A stretch of DNA of 64,000 nucleotides. Origin: an uncultured Bacilli bacterium. Lineage in GTDB: Bacteria; Bacillota_I; Bacilli_A; RF39; UBA660. Every line of letters starts with the position of its first letter. The stretch's first letter is position 1. The stretch spans positions 1,303-65,302 of the forward strand of contig CANRCV010000003.1 in NCBI GenBank assembly GCA_947629205.1, given 5' to 3'. This document shows positions 27,452 through 37,986 of this stretch, in pieces. The position numbers were made by a program, and so were the translations under genes. The notes beneath the pieces are model-generated. The model made no database searches. It saw nothing but the letters and a program-made list of their open reading frames with translations, and was not told the origin of the DNA.

Positions 27452-29364
27452 AGAAAAAGAAAATATCAGTTATTATTTCTGTTTATAATACAGCAAACTA
27501 TATAAAAAAATGTTTAGATTCTATTCTAAATCAAACTTACAAAAATTTAGAAATTATATTAATTGAGGATGGTTCAACTGATAATTCAGTCGAAATATTA
27601 AAAAAGTATGAAAAAAAAGATTCTAGAATTGTACTTATTATTAATGAAAAAAATATGGGATTAGCTGCATCCAGAAATAAAGGTTTAGCAAGAGCAACAG
27701 GAGATTATATTGGTTTTATTGATAGTGATGATTATATTCCACTAAATTATTATGAAACTTTAATAAAAGCAATTGAAAAAGAACATGCAGATGTAGCTAT
27801 TTGTGATATTAATCTTATTTTTGAAAATGAAAAAACAGAAATTCTTCGAAAATGTTGTGAAGGAGAATGGAACATAGTAAATATTATAGATAATGGTATG
27901 GTTGCAAGTGCTTGTAATAAATTGTTTAAAGCTGAGTTAATTAAAAAATATTCATTTGCAGTAGGAAAAATTAATGAAGATATTGCAGTTGTTATTCCAA
28001 CCCTCATTCATGCCAAAAAAATAAGTTATGCAAATTGCACTTATAATTATGTGCAAAGAAATAATTCTATACAAAATTCAGCTTTTTCGATGAAAAGATT
28101 TGATATTATTGATGCCGTAGATACCACTTTAGAAAGAATACAGGATTGTGAACATTATGAAGATATTAAAGATGCAATTATATTTAATCAAATTATTGTA
28201 TTATTATTTTATGTAATTCCTAAGGATAAAAGATTCTTTTATCGTCAAAAAGCAATAAAAAAATTTAATGAATTAACCACTAAATATGATATTAGGCAAA
28301 ATAAATGTTATTGGAAATTTGCAGATTGCAGTGGAAAGAAACATGCAATGTATTATCGATTATTATTAAAATTTGTATGTACTGGTCATTATTTTTTAGC
28401 TAACTTATTATTTATTGCTTATAAAATTTTATCAAAAATTTTAAAAGGAAAACCAGTTATTAAAAAAAATTTAACTATTAATGATTTAATTACTGTTGCT
28501 AAAAAACAACAATCTAGAAAGGAAAAAGCAATTAAAATATCAGTTGTAATTCCTAATTATAATTATGAAAAATTTTTAATTCAACGATTATATAGTATAT
28601 TATATCAAAATGTAAAAATTTATGAGTTAATTATTTTAGATGATTGTTCCAAAGATAATTCAAGAATATTAATTGATGAAATAGTTGATAAATTATCTCC
28701 TTATATTAAGATAAAAAAAGTTTACAATGAATCTAATAGTGGTTCAGCTTTTAAACAATGGCAAAAAGGATTTGATTTAGCTACAGGAGATTATGTATGG
28801 ATTGCGGAAGCAGATGATTATTGTCAACGTAAGTTACTTTATTATTTATTAAAACCAATTCAAAAAGATAAGAATGTTAAAATATGTTATTCTGATACAG
28901 CATTTATAGATGCCTTAGGCTATAAAACTATGAAATCTATAAAACCACAAATTGATATTATGAATACGAAACATTGGGATACGTCTTATATTAATAGTGG
29001 ACAGGATGAAATAAAAAATTATACTTTTTTAAACTGCACGATAGCAAATGTATCAAGTTGTATTATTAAAAAAGATAATTATAATGATTATCTATCTCAA
29101 GCAGGAAAATTTAAACAAGCAGGAGATTGGTATTTTTATGTAAATGTAATGAAGCATGGAAATATTGCCTATATTAATAAAGTTTTAAATTATTATCGAA
29201 TGCATGGTAATAATGTAAGTAATATAATGGATCATCAAAAGCATCTTGAAGAGATTCAAAAAATTTATGATATAATAAGTAAGGAATTTTCTTTAAAAGA
29301 AAAACAAAAAAAGGAAATGGAAAAAAGAATAAAAATTTTAAAAAAAGCTTGGAATATTAAATAA
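27448..29364 (+). CDS. tandem two-domain GT2 glycosyltransferase
   Basis: Two GT2 N-terminal signatures: ISVIISVYNTANYI...EDGSTDNS and ISVVIPNYNYEKFL...DDCSKDNS. Confidence 0.75.
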   Translation: MKKKKISVIISVYNTANYIKKCLDSILNQTYKNLEIILIEDGSTDNSVEILKKYEKKDSRIVLIINEKNMGLAASRNKGLARATGDYIGFIDSDDYIPLNYYETLIKAIEKEHADVAICDINLIFENEKTEILRKCCEGEWNIVNIIDNGMVASACNKLFKAELIKKYSFAVGKINEDIAVVIPTLIHAKKISYANCTYNYVQRNNSIQNSAFSMKRFDIIDAVDTTLERIQDCEHYEDIKDAIIFNQIIVLLFYVIPKDKRFFYRQKAIKKFNELTTKYDIRQNKCYWKFADCSGKKHAMYYRLLLKFVCTGHYFLANLLFIAYKILSKILKGKPVIKKNLTINDLITVAKKQQSRKEKAIKISVVIPNYNYEKFLIQRLYSILYQNVKIYELIILDDCSKDNSRILIDEIVDKLSPYIKIKKVYNESNSGSAFKQWQKGFDLATGDYVWIAEADDYCQRKLLYYLLKPIQKDKNVKICYSDTAFIDALGYKTMKSIKPQIDIMNTKHWDTSYINSGQDEIKNYTFLNCTIANVSSCIIKKDNYNDYLSQAGKFKQAGDWYFYVNVMKHGNIAYINKVLNYYRMHGNNVSNIMDHQKHLEEIQKIYDIISKEFSLKEKQKKEMEKRIKILKKAWNIK

Positions 29365-29376
29365 GGATGTGTTTTT

Positions 29377-29724
29377 ATGAATAAAAACAATTATAAAAAA
29401 TTAACTAAGTATTTAATAGATGACATTTATTCATTAAATTTATCAAAAGAAAAGGAAGAAAAATTATTAGCATCAGTTGATGCAGTTATTAATGAATTTG
29501 TTCGTTATAATAAATATATTGATTTAAATTTTGATGTTTATGAAGCTGAAAAAGAAATTTTATTAAATCATTTTATTGAAAAAGATGATGAAGTAAATAA
29601 AATTTATACCGAATCAAATCAAATGAAATTAGAACTTGCTAGATATAAAAAAACAGTATTTTATAAAGTTTATAATTTATTAAGAAAAGTTTATAGAAAA
29701 TTTTTTAAAAGAACTGGAAAATGA
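29377..29724 (+). CDS. hypothetical protein (115 aa, charged, coiled-coil-like)
   Basis: ORF only. Confidence 0.35.
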   Translation: MNKNNYKKLTKYLIDDIYSLNLSKEKEEKLLASVDAVINEFVRYNKYIDLNFDVYEAEKEILLNHFIEKDDEVNKIYTESNQMKLELARYKKTVFYKVYNLLRKVYRKFFKRTGK

Positions 29725-29735
29725 GGTAAAGATGT

Positions 29736-30770
29736 ATGGCAAAAAAGAAAATAGCATTAATGGTGGATGCAGATAATTGGGCTTTTGCAAATATTGCTAC
29801 TATTATGAAAAAATATATTAAAAAATATGAGTTTAAAATTATTCCAATATCTTATTATAATTGCAATTTAGTAAAAGCTTATATTGCTGCAAGAGATTGT
29901 GATGCAATTCATTGGTTTTTTCGAGAATATTTAATTAAATTAGATACTAAAATATTTAGGTGGTATATAAAAATATTAGGATTTAAATCTTATGAGGATT
30001 TTTGTGACAAATATATTAATAATAAAATCATTTCTACAGCAGTTTATGATCATTTATTTTTAGATTCTCAACAATACAAAACAAAAAAAATATTTAATTT
30101 ATGTCCAAATTATTATGTTTCCTCTAATATGTTGTTTGAGATTTATAATCATTTAAACATCAAATATAAACCAAAATATGTAATTACAGATGGTGTAGAT
30201 TTAAATGATTTTTATCCAATAAACTTAAAGAGATTTGAAGAAATTCAAAATCGTAAAATAGTAATTGGATGGGTAGGGAATAGTGAATGGAAACAAAAAA
30301 TTGAAGATTTTAAAGGAGTAAATACCATTTTAAAACCAGCTATAGAAGAATTGCAACAAGAGGGATATCCCATTGAAATGTTTTTTGCAGATCGAAAAGA
30401 AAGAATGATTCCTCATGATCAAATGGTGAATTATTATGCAAAAATTGATGTTCTTGTTTGTGCTTCGAAATGTGAAGGAACTCCTAATCCAGTTTTAGAA
30501 GCCATGGCTTGTGGTGTTCCTATTATTTCTACTAATGTTGGTATTGTTCCGAATGCCTTAGGAGTAAAGCAACAAAATTATATATTAAAAGAAAGAAGTA
30601 AAGAGTGTATGAAAGATACTTTGATTCAATTTATTAATAATAAAAAAAATATACAAGAATTGAGTCAAGAAAATTTAAAACAAATAAAAAATTGGGAATG
30701 GAAAAAAATATGCAAAAAATTTGAAAAATTTTTTGATGATTTGTTTGAAACAAAAATAAATCATGAATAA
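29736..30770 (+). CDS. GT4 (GT1-fold) glycosyltransferase
   Basis: EGTPNPVLEAMACGVPIISTNVG EX7E motif. Confidence 0.75.
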   Translation: MAKKKIALMVDADNWAFANIATIMKKYIKKYEFKIIPISYYNCNLVKAYIAARDCDAIHWFFREYLIKLDTKIFRWYIKILGFKSYEDFCDKYINNKIISTAVYDHLFLDSQQYKTKKIFNLCPNYYVSSNMLFEIYNHLNIKYKPKYVITDGVDLNDFYPINLKRFEEIQNRKIVIGWVGNSEWKQKIEDFKGVNTILKPAIEELQQEGYPIEMFFADRKERMIPHDQMVNYYAKIDVLVCASKCEGTPNPVLEAMACGVPIISTNVGIVPNALGVKQQNYILKERSKECMKDTLIQFINNKKNIQELSQENLKQIKNWEWKKICKKFEKFFDDLFETKINHE

Positions 30771-30811
30771 TGGTAATCAAATTAAAAATAATATAAACAA
30801 GTAGTGAGGTT

Positions 30812-31911
30812 GTGGAAACTTTGAAAAAAATAATTAATGAACAGAATAAAGATTTTTGGAATATAGTAAAAGGCGTAGGGATTTTATCAATTGTAATTGG
30901 TCATACTGGATGTCAATTAGTACCTTACGTTTATTTATATCATTTAGTTATTTTCTTTTTCATTTCAGGTTATTTATATTCTGAAGAAAAATATGGAGAC
31001 AATCCATTTTTGAATTTTCTTACAAGATTAAAAAAAATTGGAAAAAATATTTTGCTTTTTCTGCTTTTTTTATTTTTTTACATAATCTTTTTTATAACAT
31101 TGGTTTTATTATACAAAATAATTCAATGTATACTTTTCAAGATATTATTGTTCAATTAATTAATTCAATGATATTTCAATGTGTAGAATCATTTGCTGGA
31201 GCATTATGGTTTATACCTGTCTTAATATTTGCTTCATCATTATTTGGAACGTTAATTTATTTTGGAAGAAAAATTAATTATATGTTTAAAATAAATTTTG
31301 GAAAACATCTATTTTTAATTTTCATGTGTTTCTTTTTTATTTATATAGGAAGAATGTTAAATGTTGAAAATATTTATACAACTTATCATTTACAGACTGC
31401 TATATTAGTAATTCCAATATACATAATTGCTTATTATGTAAGAAATATTAAGAATTTAGATTGTTTTTTAAAATGGTATTTTTTCATTCCAGCAATTTTC
31501 TTTTTATATTTATGTGTAAATAAATTTAATTGGAATATTGAACTTTCAATTAATTTAATTTCAGGATATAAATTTTATGTTATTTCTATAGTAGGTATTT
31601 ATTGTTGTTTATATTTAGCCAAAATGTTGTTAAATACTAAATTATTAAAAAAATATTTTATTTTAATAGGAAAATTTTCTTTTGAAATAATGGCTCTTCA
31701 TTTTTTAGTTTTCAAACTTATTGATTATGTGTATGCATTGATAATTCATACAAATGCAAATATATATGGTGTATTCCCTTGTGCTTTTAATAATAATTAT
31801 ATTATTTGCACATTATATATTCTATTAGGAACAATAATTCCAGCAACAATTATTAAATTTTTTACAGCATTAAAAAGTAAATTTAATAATAATAATAATA
31901 ATAATCAATAA
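30812..31911 (+). pseudogene. acyltransferase family 3 (membrane O-acyltransferase) gene interrupted by a frameshift in the 30973-31159 overlap region
   Basis: Two ORFs (30812-31159 and 31126-31911) overlap in different frames. Both halves are hydrophobic, acyltransferase-3-like. Frame 1 stays open back to ~30973. The only repeats nearby are T7aT7 (31065-31079). Confidence 0.45.
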
Positions 31912-31977
31912 ATCTATAAATGTTTATTTACAGAGCGATTAGTTATTTGATATAATAAAAAATATGGATGTGAAATT

Positions 31978-33609
31978 ATGAAAAAAAAAATATTAACAAG
32001 AAAAAATCAAAATAATTTTTTTAAATTATGTATAGATAAATTAAAAAAATTATCATTTAAAAATTATTTAAATATTTTTTTACTTACCGTTATTTTAATT
32101 TGTGAAACTTATGTATTTTTTCAATACAAAATGATATTTTTTCCAGATGGTCAACTTTATTATTCTTTATCTAGAATTATAGTTGGTTCAACTTCATTAT
32201 CGCATTGGAGTGCAGTAAGAGGTTTTGGGTTTCCTTTAATTATTGCAATTTGGACTAAATTATTTGGAGATTCTTCTTTTGGATTAATATTAGGTTCTTT
32301 TATCTTCTATTTATTTTTAATACTAGGAATTGGATTTTTAATTCAAAAATTTATAAAAATCAATAAAGTAAAAAATAGAAGTTTATTCTTTTTTCTATAT
32401 TTATTAATAGTTGCTTTTAATCCATTAATCATTGGGTATCAACATACATTATTAACAGAAGCTGTAATGCCAAGTTTTTATTTATTAACTATAATGTTAT
32501 GTTTGAAATGGTATAAAATTAATTATAATGATAATAAAAAAACTTATATAGCAATAAATATTATTTTCGTTATACTTGCTATTTGGATTTGGTTTATAAA
32601 GCAACCTTATTCTCCGGCATTTTATATAGCCCTTTTGTTAACTGCTGTTTTAACAGCTATATATTATAAAAGTTGGAAAATATTTGCTACAAGAATGATA
32701 ACTGTTGTAATGTGTTTTTGTTTTATGATGTTATCGATTTTCATATGGGATAATACTTTAACTAAAAATAGCGCTGCATCTGCAAGTGCACTTGATGTAG
32801 CATATATGAGTAATAATATCTATGGTGGATTAAGTGTATATTATTATTATGTAAAGCCGGAAAATTTTTGCGATATTGATTATATACAAAGTTTGGACCT
32901 TTCATTAAAAGAAAAGGAAAAAATTAATTCTATTTATGAACAAGATAAAGAAAATTGGTGTTCACATATTGTAATGTATGAACTTAAAGATCGATATAAA
33001 CAACATATTGCAACTGAAGTTATTATTTCTAATGATGATAAAATTGATATGGCTGAAAATACAATCTTTTTATTGAAAAATATATGGAGACATCCTACAT
33101 TAGTTTTAAAATCCTATTTTTATAATTACTTAGCAATAGCTGATATCCAAGAACGTGATTTAAATAGAGGAGTTGTTTCATCTTTAAATTATGAACCATA
33201 TGTATGGGGAGAAAATTTAAGTAATGGAATGATGGCATTAACAATAGATAATAATACGGTAGTTTTCAATAATAAATCTTTGGCTAAATTTAATGAAAAA
33301 ACTACTCCTTCTAATATTGATCTTATGAATATTTTATTAATTCATAATAATCTTTGTTATTATTTATATAAGCTTTTAATTTTCTTAGCATTGCCTATTT
33401 TTATGTATAGTTTTATTAAATTTATTAAAAATAAAAATATAAATTATTTCTTAATATCTATTTGTAGTTTAACAACTTTTGTAGATGCATTTTTCCATGT
33501 ATTTACTGGGCATGTAATAGATAGATATGCATATCCAGTATATCCATTAATGATTTTGGTATTAATTCTATTGTTTATGGAAAAAAATAATGAAGATACA
33601 AAAAAATAA
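31978..33609 (+). CDS. polytopic membrane protein (about 14 TM), possible polymerase or GT-C-type enzyme
   Basis: 543-aa hydrophobic ORF with no recognisable catalytic motif. Confidence 0.45.
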   Translation: MKKKILTRKNQNNFFKLCIDKLKKLSFKNYLNIFLLTVILICETYVFFQYKMIFFPDGQLYYSLSRIIVGSTSLSHWSAVRGFGFPLIIAIWTKLFGDSSFGLILGSFIFYLFLILGIGFLIQKFIKINKVKNRSLFFFLYLLIVAFNPLIIGYQHTLLTEAVMPSFYLLTIMLCLKWYKINYNDNKKTYIAINIIFVILAIWIWFIKQPYSPAFYIALLLTAVLTAIYYKSWKIFATRMITVVMCFCFMMLSIFIWDNTLTKNSAASASALDVAYMSNNIYGGLSVYYYYVKPENFCDIDYIQSLDLSLKEKEKINSIYEQDKENWCSHIVMYELKDRYKQHIATEVIISNDDKIDMAENTIFLLKNIWRHPTLVLKSYFYNYLAIADIQERDLNRGVVSSLNYEPYVWGENLSNGMMALTIDNNTVVFNNKSLAKFNEKTTPSNIDLMNILLIHNNLCYYLYKLLIFLALPIFMYSFIKFIKNKNINYFLISICSLTTFVDAFFHVFTGHVIDRYAYPVYPLMILVLILLFMEKNNEDTKK

Positions 33610-33646
33610 AATTTGCGTGAAATATAAATATAAAAGGCATAATTTA

Positions 33647-33681
33647 GGTCTCGCATTTAGATAAAGAGCGAGACCTTTTTT
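33647..33681. terminator. bidirectional rho-independent terminator (ggtctcgc - 13-nt loop - gcgagacc - TTTTTT)
   Basis: Perfect 8-bp GC-rich stem followed by a T6 run, between convergent genes. Confidence 0.8.
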
Positions 33682-33686
33682 CTAAT

Positions 33687-34592
33687 TTAAATTTTATTTA
33701 ATATATTAATAGTAAGGCTTTCTGTGTATTCTTTACGACCTTGATTTGATAAATGAATTAAATCAAAAAAATTATAAGAATTTTTACTAATATTCTCATT
33801 TATATCAGTAGATAGGTAATAAGTAATATTATTTTCTTTTAAAATGTTTGTATAAATAGCCATTAATCCTTGATAATAATGATCTTCCATGATACGTCCT
33901 GATTTAGGAGTTTCAATATATGATAATGAAATATTATTTTCTTGACATATTTTTATAATATTTAAAATGGCTTCTATATTTTTATCTTTAATTGTACTTT
34001 CTTCAATAATATTTAGATTATCTAATTTATTTTTATCTATTCCATTTTTTCCAATTTTTATTCCTCCTTGATAATAAGTAGCATTTACTATAGGATAATA
34101 AATTGGCCAAGTAAGTAATTGCTCAACATTTTTACTTACAAATATTGAATAAAAATCACTAAAATCTTTATTATCTCCTAAAAGATTATACAATTCATAT
34201 TTTCCTTTTAAATTTACTTCCATTAATATTTTACTATCACTTATAGGTGATAAATCTGCTAACGAATAAGCATATAAATCAATATATAAATTTTTTATCT
34301 TAACATTATTTTTTAATAAGTAGTCAATAATCCAAGATTCTAAAATTGGATTATTTCCATTGTAAGATAAAATATAACTGTCTATTCCATTTTCTTCTAA
34401 AATTTTAGAATCTAATCCTTGGCGAAACATAGAAGAACCTATAAATAAATTTTCAACTTGTCCTTGATTAATAAGACGGGGAAGCCCATATTCAGCATGA
34501 TTTAATAATTTATTTTCATAATTATCTTTGATAATAATACAAAAAATAGAAAATAGTATAGCTGCAAAAATAGTAATAATTAATTTTTTCAT
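33687..34592 (-). CDS. secreted SGNH/DltD-like partner protein of the MBOAT (O-acyl transfer to glycopolymer)
   Basis: Signal/anchor sequence. GDS-like block FIGSSMFRQG near the N-terminus. Located immediately downstream of the MBOAT gene. Confidence 0.5.
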   Translation of the reverse strand: MKKLIITIFAAILFSIFCIIIKDNYENKLLNHAEYGLPRLINQGQVENLFIGSSMFRQGLDSKILEENGIDSYILSYNGNNPILESWIIDYLLKNNVKIKNLYIDLYAYSLADLSPISDSKILMEVNLKGKYELYNLLGDNKDFSDFYSIFVSKNVEQLLTWPIYYPIVNATYYQGGIKIGKNGIDKNKLDNLNIIEESTIKDKNIEAILNIIKICQENNISLSYIETPKSGRIMEDHYYQGLMAIYTNILKENNITYYLSTDINENISKNSYNFFDLIHLSNQGRKEYTESLTINILNKI

Positions 34593-34601
34593 TGGTTCCT
34601 C

Positions 34602-35862
34602 CTAATAATTCATGTAAATAAATTTATTTGCTGTAAAAACTCCAAATAAAATAATAAAAACGATGTATATAAAAATTCTAATACAGTATTTTTGTTTTGT
34701 ATAATCTTCTTTATTTTTTATTTCAATAATGAATTGAAATAAAATTAAAATGAATAATGTAATAGCCATAGCAATACTAGCATTATCTCCAGTAAAAGGA
34801 ATTACACAATTTACTAAGCTATTATAATTGATTACAAAATTTGATAACATATGTTTTAAATAATTAATTCCAGCACTAAAGCTCTCTAAACGAAAAAATA
34901 TCCATCCAATAGTTATTTCTATAAAAGTTAAGATTTTGTAAAAAAATGATTTTAATTTATTATGTGATGGGGGGGGGGGTTAAATTATTTAAAATTCCAT
35001 GATACAATCCCCAAAATATGTATCCACTACCATTTCCATGCCAAAATCCACTAACTAAAAAAGTAATTATAGAATTTAACCATTTTCTAAATTTTCCTTT
35101 TCGATTTCCTCCTAAAGGAATGTAAATATAATCTTTTAGCCAACTAGATAAAGAAATGTGCCAGCGTCCCCAAAATTCTTTAATGCTTTTAGAAAAATAA
35201 GGACGATTAAAATTTCTTTCAACCTCTATACCAAGAAGATTAGATATACCTATAGACATATTAGAATATCCAGAAAAATCACTATATATTTGAATGCTAT
35301 AAAGTATAGCAGCAATAAATAAAGCTAAACCTGTATAAGATGTATAATTTTGAAAAACTGTATTGACATATACAGCAGTACGATTTGCAATTACAAATTT
35401 TAAAAATAAACCAGCAATAATTAATTGTATACCTTTTAACCATTTATCTTTTTTAAAAGTAAAAGTGTTATCTAATTGTTCAATAATTGTTTTTCCTCTA
35501 GAAATTGGTCCGGAAATAATTTCAGGAAAATAAGTCACATAAATAAAATAATTTATAAAATTTTGTTTAAATGAAATTTTATGTTTATAGTTATCTATTA
35601 AATAACTTATAATTTTAAAGGAATAAAAAGATAAACCTAAGGGCAATATTTTAATAAATGATTTATAAAATATCCAAATGAAAACCGTAAAAATAGTTCC
35701 TAATAGAGTAAAAATTTTATTATTCTTTTTAGTGCATAAAAAAGTTATGCATACTAAAAGAATTAAAATTGGCAAAGATTTAAAATCAATTAAGCAGTAA
35801 AAAAGTAAATTGATTAATAAAAGAATCATTTTACGCATTTGTATGTTATTTGGTTTTGTCAT
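34602..35862 (-). CDS. MBOAT-family membrane-bound O-acyltransferase (DltB/AlgI/PatA-like), reading frame interrupted at a C11 tract (phase-OFF as sequenced)
   Basis: Conserved-His region WGRWHISLSSWLKDYIYIPLGG...VSGFWHG. ORF 34960-35862 ends ...LTPPPIT* just after the tract. Hand translation of the -1 frame is stop-free from the tract into ORF 34602-34850. Confidence 0.7.
34969..34979 (-). repeat. homopolymeric C11 tract (G11 on + strand) inside the MBOAT gene
   Basis: tgtgatGGGGGGGGGGGttaaatt counted directly. Confidence 0.9.
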
Positions 35863-35971
35863 ATGGTTTAACTCCTTTATTAGCTAATTTAATTATACAC
35901 TAAATAATTAATGATTAATATCTTTTTTTAAAATAAAAGATGAATAGTTTTTTAAATAACTTTACATAAAT

Positions 35972-36742
35972 ATGGAAATTTTGATAAAATTAAATAGAAG
36001 TTGGTGTTATATGAAAAATAAAGAAAAAATATTAATCATTATTCCTGCTTATAATGAAGAAAAAAATATTTTAAGTACATATCAAGAAATTATTAACTAT
36101 AATAAAAAAATGAAAACAAAATATGATGTTATAGTTATAAATGATGGAAGTTACGATAAAACAGAAAACATTTTAAAAGATAATAAAATTCCTCATATTT
36201 CCTTGGTGACTAATTTAGGAATAGGGGGAGCAGTCCAAACAGGATATAAATATGCCTTAGAAAATAATTATGATGTTGCTATTCAATTTGATGGAGATGG
36301 ACAACATGATGTGAATTGTATAAAGGATTTAGTAAAACCAATTCTAGATAAAAAGGCAAATATGACAATTGGTTCTAGATTTATAAAAAAGGATAGTAGT
36401 GAATTCCAATCTTCTCAATTAAGAAGAATTGGAATTAAAATGATTTCTTTAGTGATTAAATTAAAAACCAAGAAAAAAATTTATGACACAACAAGTGGAT
36501 TTAGGGCAATTGATAAGAATTTAATTAAATTATTTACAGAAATATATCCTATAGAATATCCAGAACCAATCTCAACAGTATATGTTTTAAATCATAATTA
36601 TAAAGTGGATGAAATTGGAGTCAATATGAAAGAACGAAAAGAAGGAAAATCTTCTATTCATACTTGGAAAAATTTTTATTACATGATTAATGTTATTTTA
36701 ACGATTTTATTATTGAAAAGAGGTAAGAAAAATGCAAAGTAA
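35972..36742 (+). CDS. GT2 polyprenol-phosphate glycosyltransferase (GtrB/DPM1/ArnC-like)
   Basis: ILIIIPAYNEEKNI...VINDGSYD...DGDGQHD motifs. Confidence 0.7.
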   Translation: MEILIKLNRSWCYMKNKEKILIIIPAYNEEKNILSTYQEIINYNKKMKTKYDVIVINDGSYDKTENILKDNKIPHISLVTNLGIGGAVQTGYKYALENNYDVAIQFDGDGQHDVNCIKDLVKPILDKKANMTIGSRFIKKDSSEFQSSQLRRIGIKMISLVIKLKTKKKIYDTTSGFRAIDKNLIKLFTEIYPIEYPEPISTVYVLNHNYKVDEIGVNMKERKEGKSSIHTWKNFYYMINVILTILLLKRGKKNAK

Positions 36743-37070
36743 TTTAAGAATTTTATTAGTTGTTTTATCCATAGTTTTAATAATTACAACTTTAAGTTTA
36801 ATTGCTAAAAATAAATTGCCTATCAAATATTCTTTATTTTGGCTTGTAGCTTCTATTGTGGTATTACTTGTTGGATTAGTTCCTAATGTTATTACTTTTT
36901 TTACATCATTAATTGGTTTTGAAACCTCAGTAAATTTAGTTACTGGAATTATTTTAGGATTATTATTGTTAATAACTTTATTATTAACAATAATAATTTC
37001 TGAACAAAAAAGAAAAATCATACTTCTTGTTCAAGAGGTATCAATATTAAAAGAAAAAATAAATAAATAA
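36732..37070 (+). CDS. small membrane protein (DUF2304-like), often paired with a GtrB-like GT2
   Basis: 112 aa with 3 TM segments. Overlaps the upstream gene. Confidence 0.45.
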   Translation: MQSNLRILLVVLSIVLIITTLSLIAKNKLPIKYSLFWLVASIVVLLVGLVPNVITFFTSLIGFETSVNLVTGIILGLLLLITLLLTIIISEQKRKIILLVQEVSILKEKINK

Positions 37071-37100
37071 TGTTTTTAAATAACTGAAGGAGTTTTAATT

Positions 37101-37916
37101 ATGAAAAAAAATTTATCTTTAAGAGAAATTCAATTAAAAGAATTAAATATTTTAAAAGAGGTAGTAAAAATTTTAGAAAAACATAATTTAAAATATTCAT
37201 TATGTGGTGGTACACTTATTGGTGCATTAAGACATAAGGGTTTTATTCCTTGGGACGATGATATAGATATATTTATGCCTAGACCAGATTATGATAAACT
37301 TATTCAATTATCTTCAGAAATAGATGATGTTAACCTAAAGCTATGCTGCTATGAAAATGGTACTGGGTTTTTGCCAATTTGTAAAATTAAAGATGAAACT
37401 ATAAAGATTATTGATGATGCAGCAATTTCTGAAGGTAGAGAACAAGATAATATATGGATTGATATTTTTCCTATTGATGCATTACCAGATAATTTAAAGC
37501 AACGAAAAAAATTATATAAAAAATATTCCATATATAGAAAATTATTTATCATTAGTAGAAATAAAATAAATTTTTCAAATAAAAAAATATTTTCTATAGA
37601 ATTTATAAAAGAATGCATAAGAGTTTTAGTTAAACCTATTTCTAAGTTTATTACTGCAAAACAATTAATTAAAATTGCTACTAAGTTGGATTGGAATAAT
37701 GCCAAATATGTTGGTGATATAGTTTGGGGATATGGAGAAAAAGAAATGTTAAATAAAAGTGATTTTGATGATTTAATAGATATTGATTTTGAAGGAAATA
37801 AATTTAAAGTAATTAAAAATTATGATTATTATTTAAAACGTGTTTATGGAAATTATATGGAATTGCCTCCAGAAAATGAAAGAGGAGGACATGGTATTAA
37901 AGCACTGGAAAAATAG
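37101..37916 (+). CDS. LicD/fukutin-family phospho-headgroup transferase (phosphocholine or ribitol-phosphate transferase type)
   Basis: LIGALRHKGFIPWDDDIDIFMPRPDYDKL, the LicD nucleotidyltransferase-fold signature. Confidence 0.75.
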   Translation: MKKNLSLREIQLKELNILKEVVKILEKHNLKYSLCGGTLIGALRHKGFIPWDDDIDIFMPRPDYDKLIQLSSEIDDVNLKLCCYENGTGFLPICKIKDETIKIIDDAAISEGREQDNIWIDIFPIDALPDNLKQRKKLYKKYSIYRKLFIISRNKINFSNKKIFSIEFIKECIRVLVKPISKFITAKQLIKIATKLDWNNAKYVGDIVWGYGEKEMLNKSDFDDLIDIDFEGNKFKVIKNYDYYLKRVYGNYMELPPENERGGHGIKALEK

Positions 37917-37986
37917 TTTAAATAAAAACTATAGTTTTTGTATTTATAAAATTATAGTATAATAGAAGCATTGGAGTAGATTCATT

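Noticed and set aside
30812-31911. Treating the 30812/31126 frameshift as another phase-variation switch
   Set aside because: Only T7 runs are present, which are common in DNA this AT-rich. Nothing is comparable to the G9-G11 tracts. Kept as pseudogene or possible error.
31978-33609. Calling this 543-aa membrane protein a Wzy polymerase
   Set aside because: It is hydrophobic and large, but I could not find a Wzy_C or ligase-type motif. Left as an unassigned membrane protein.
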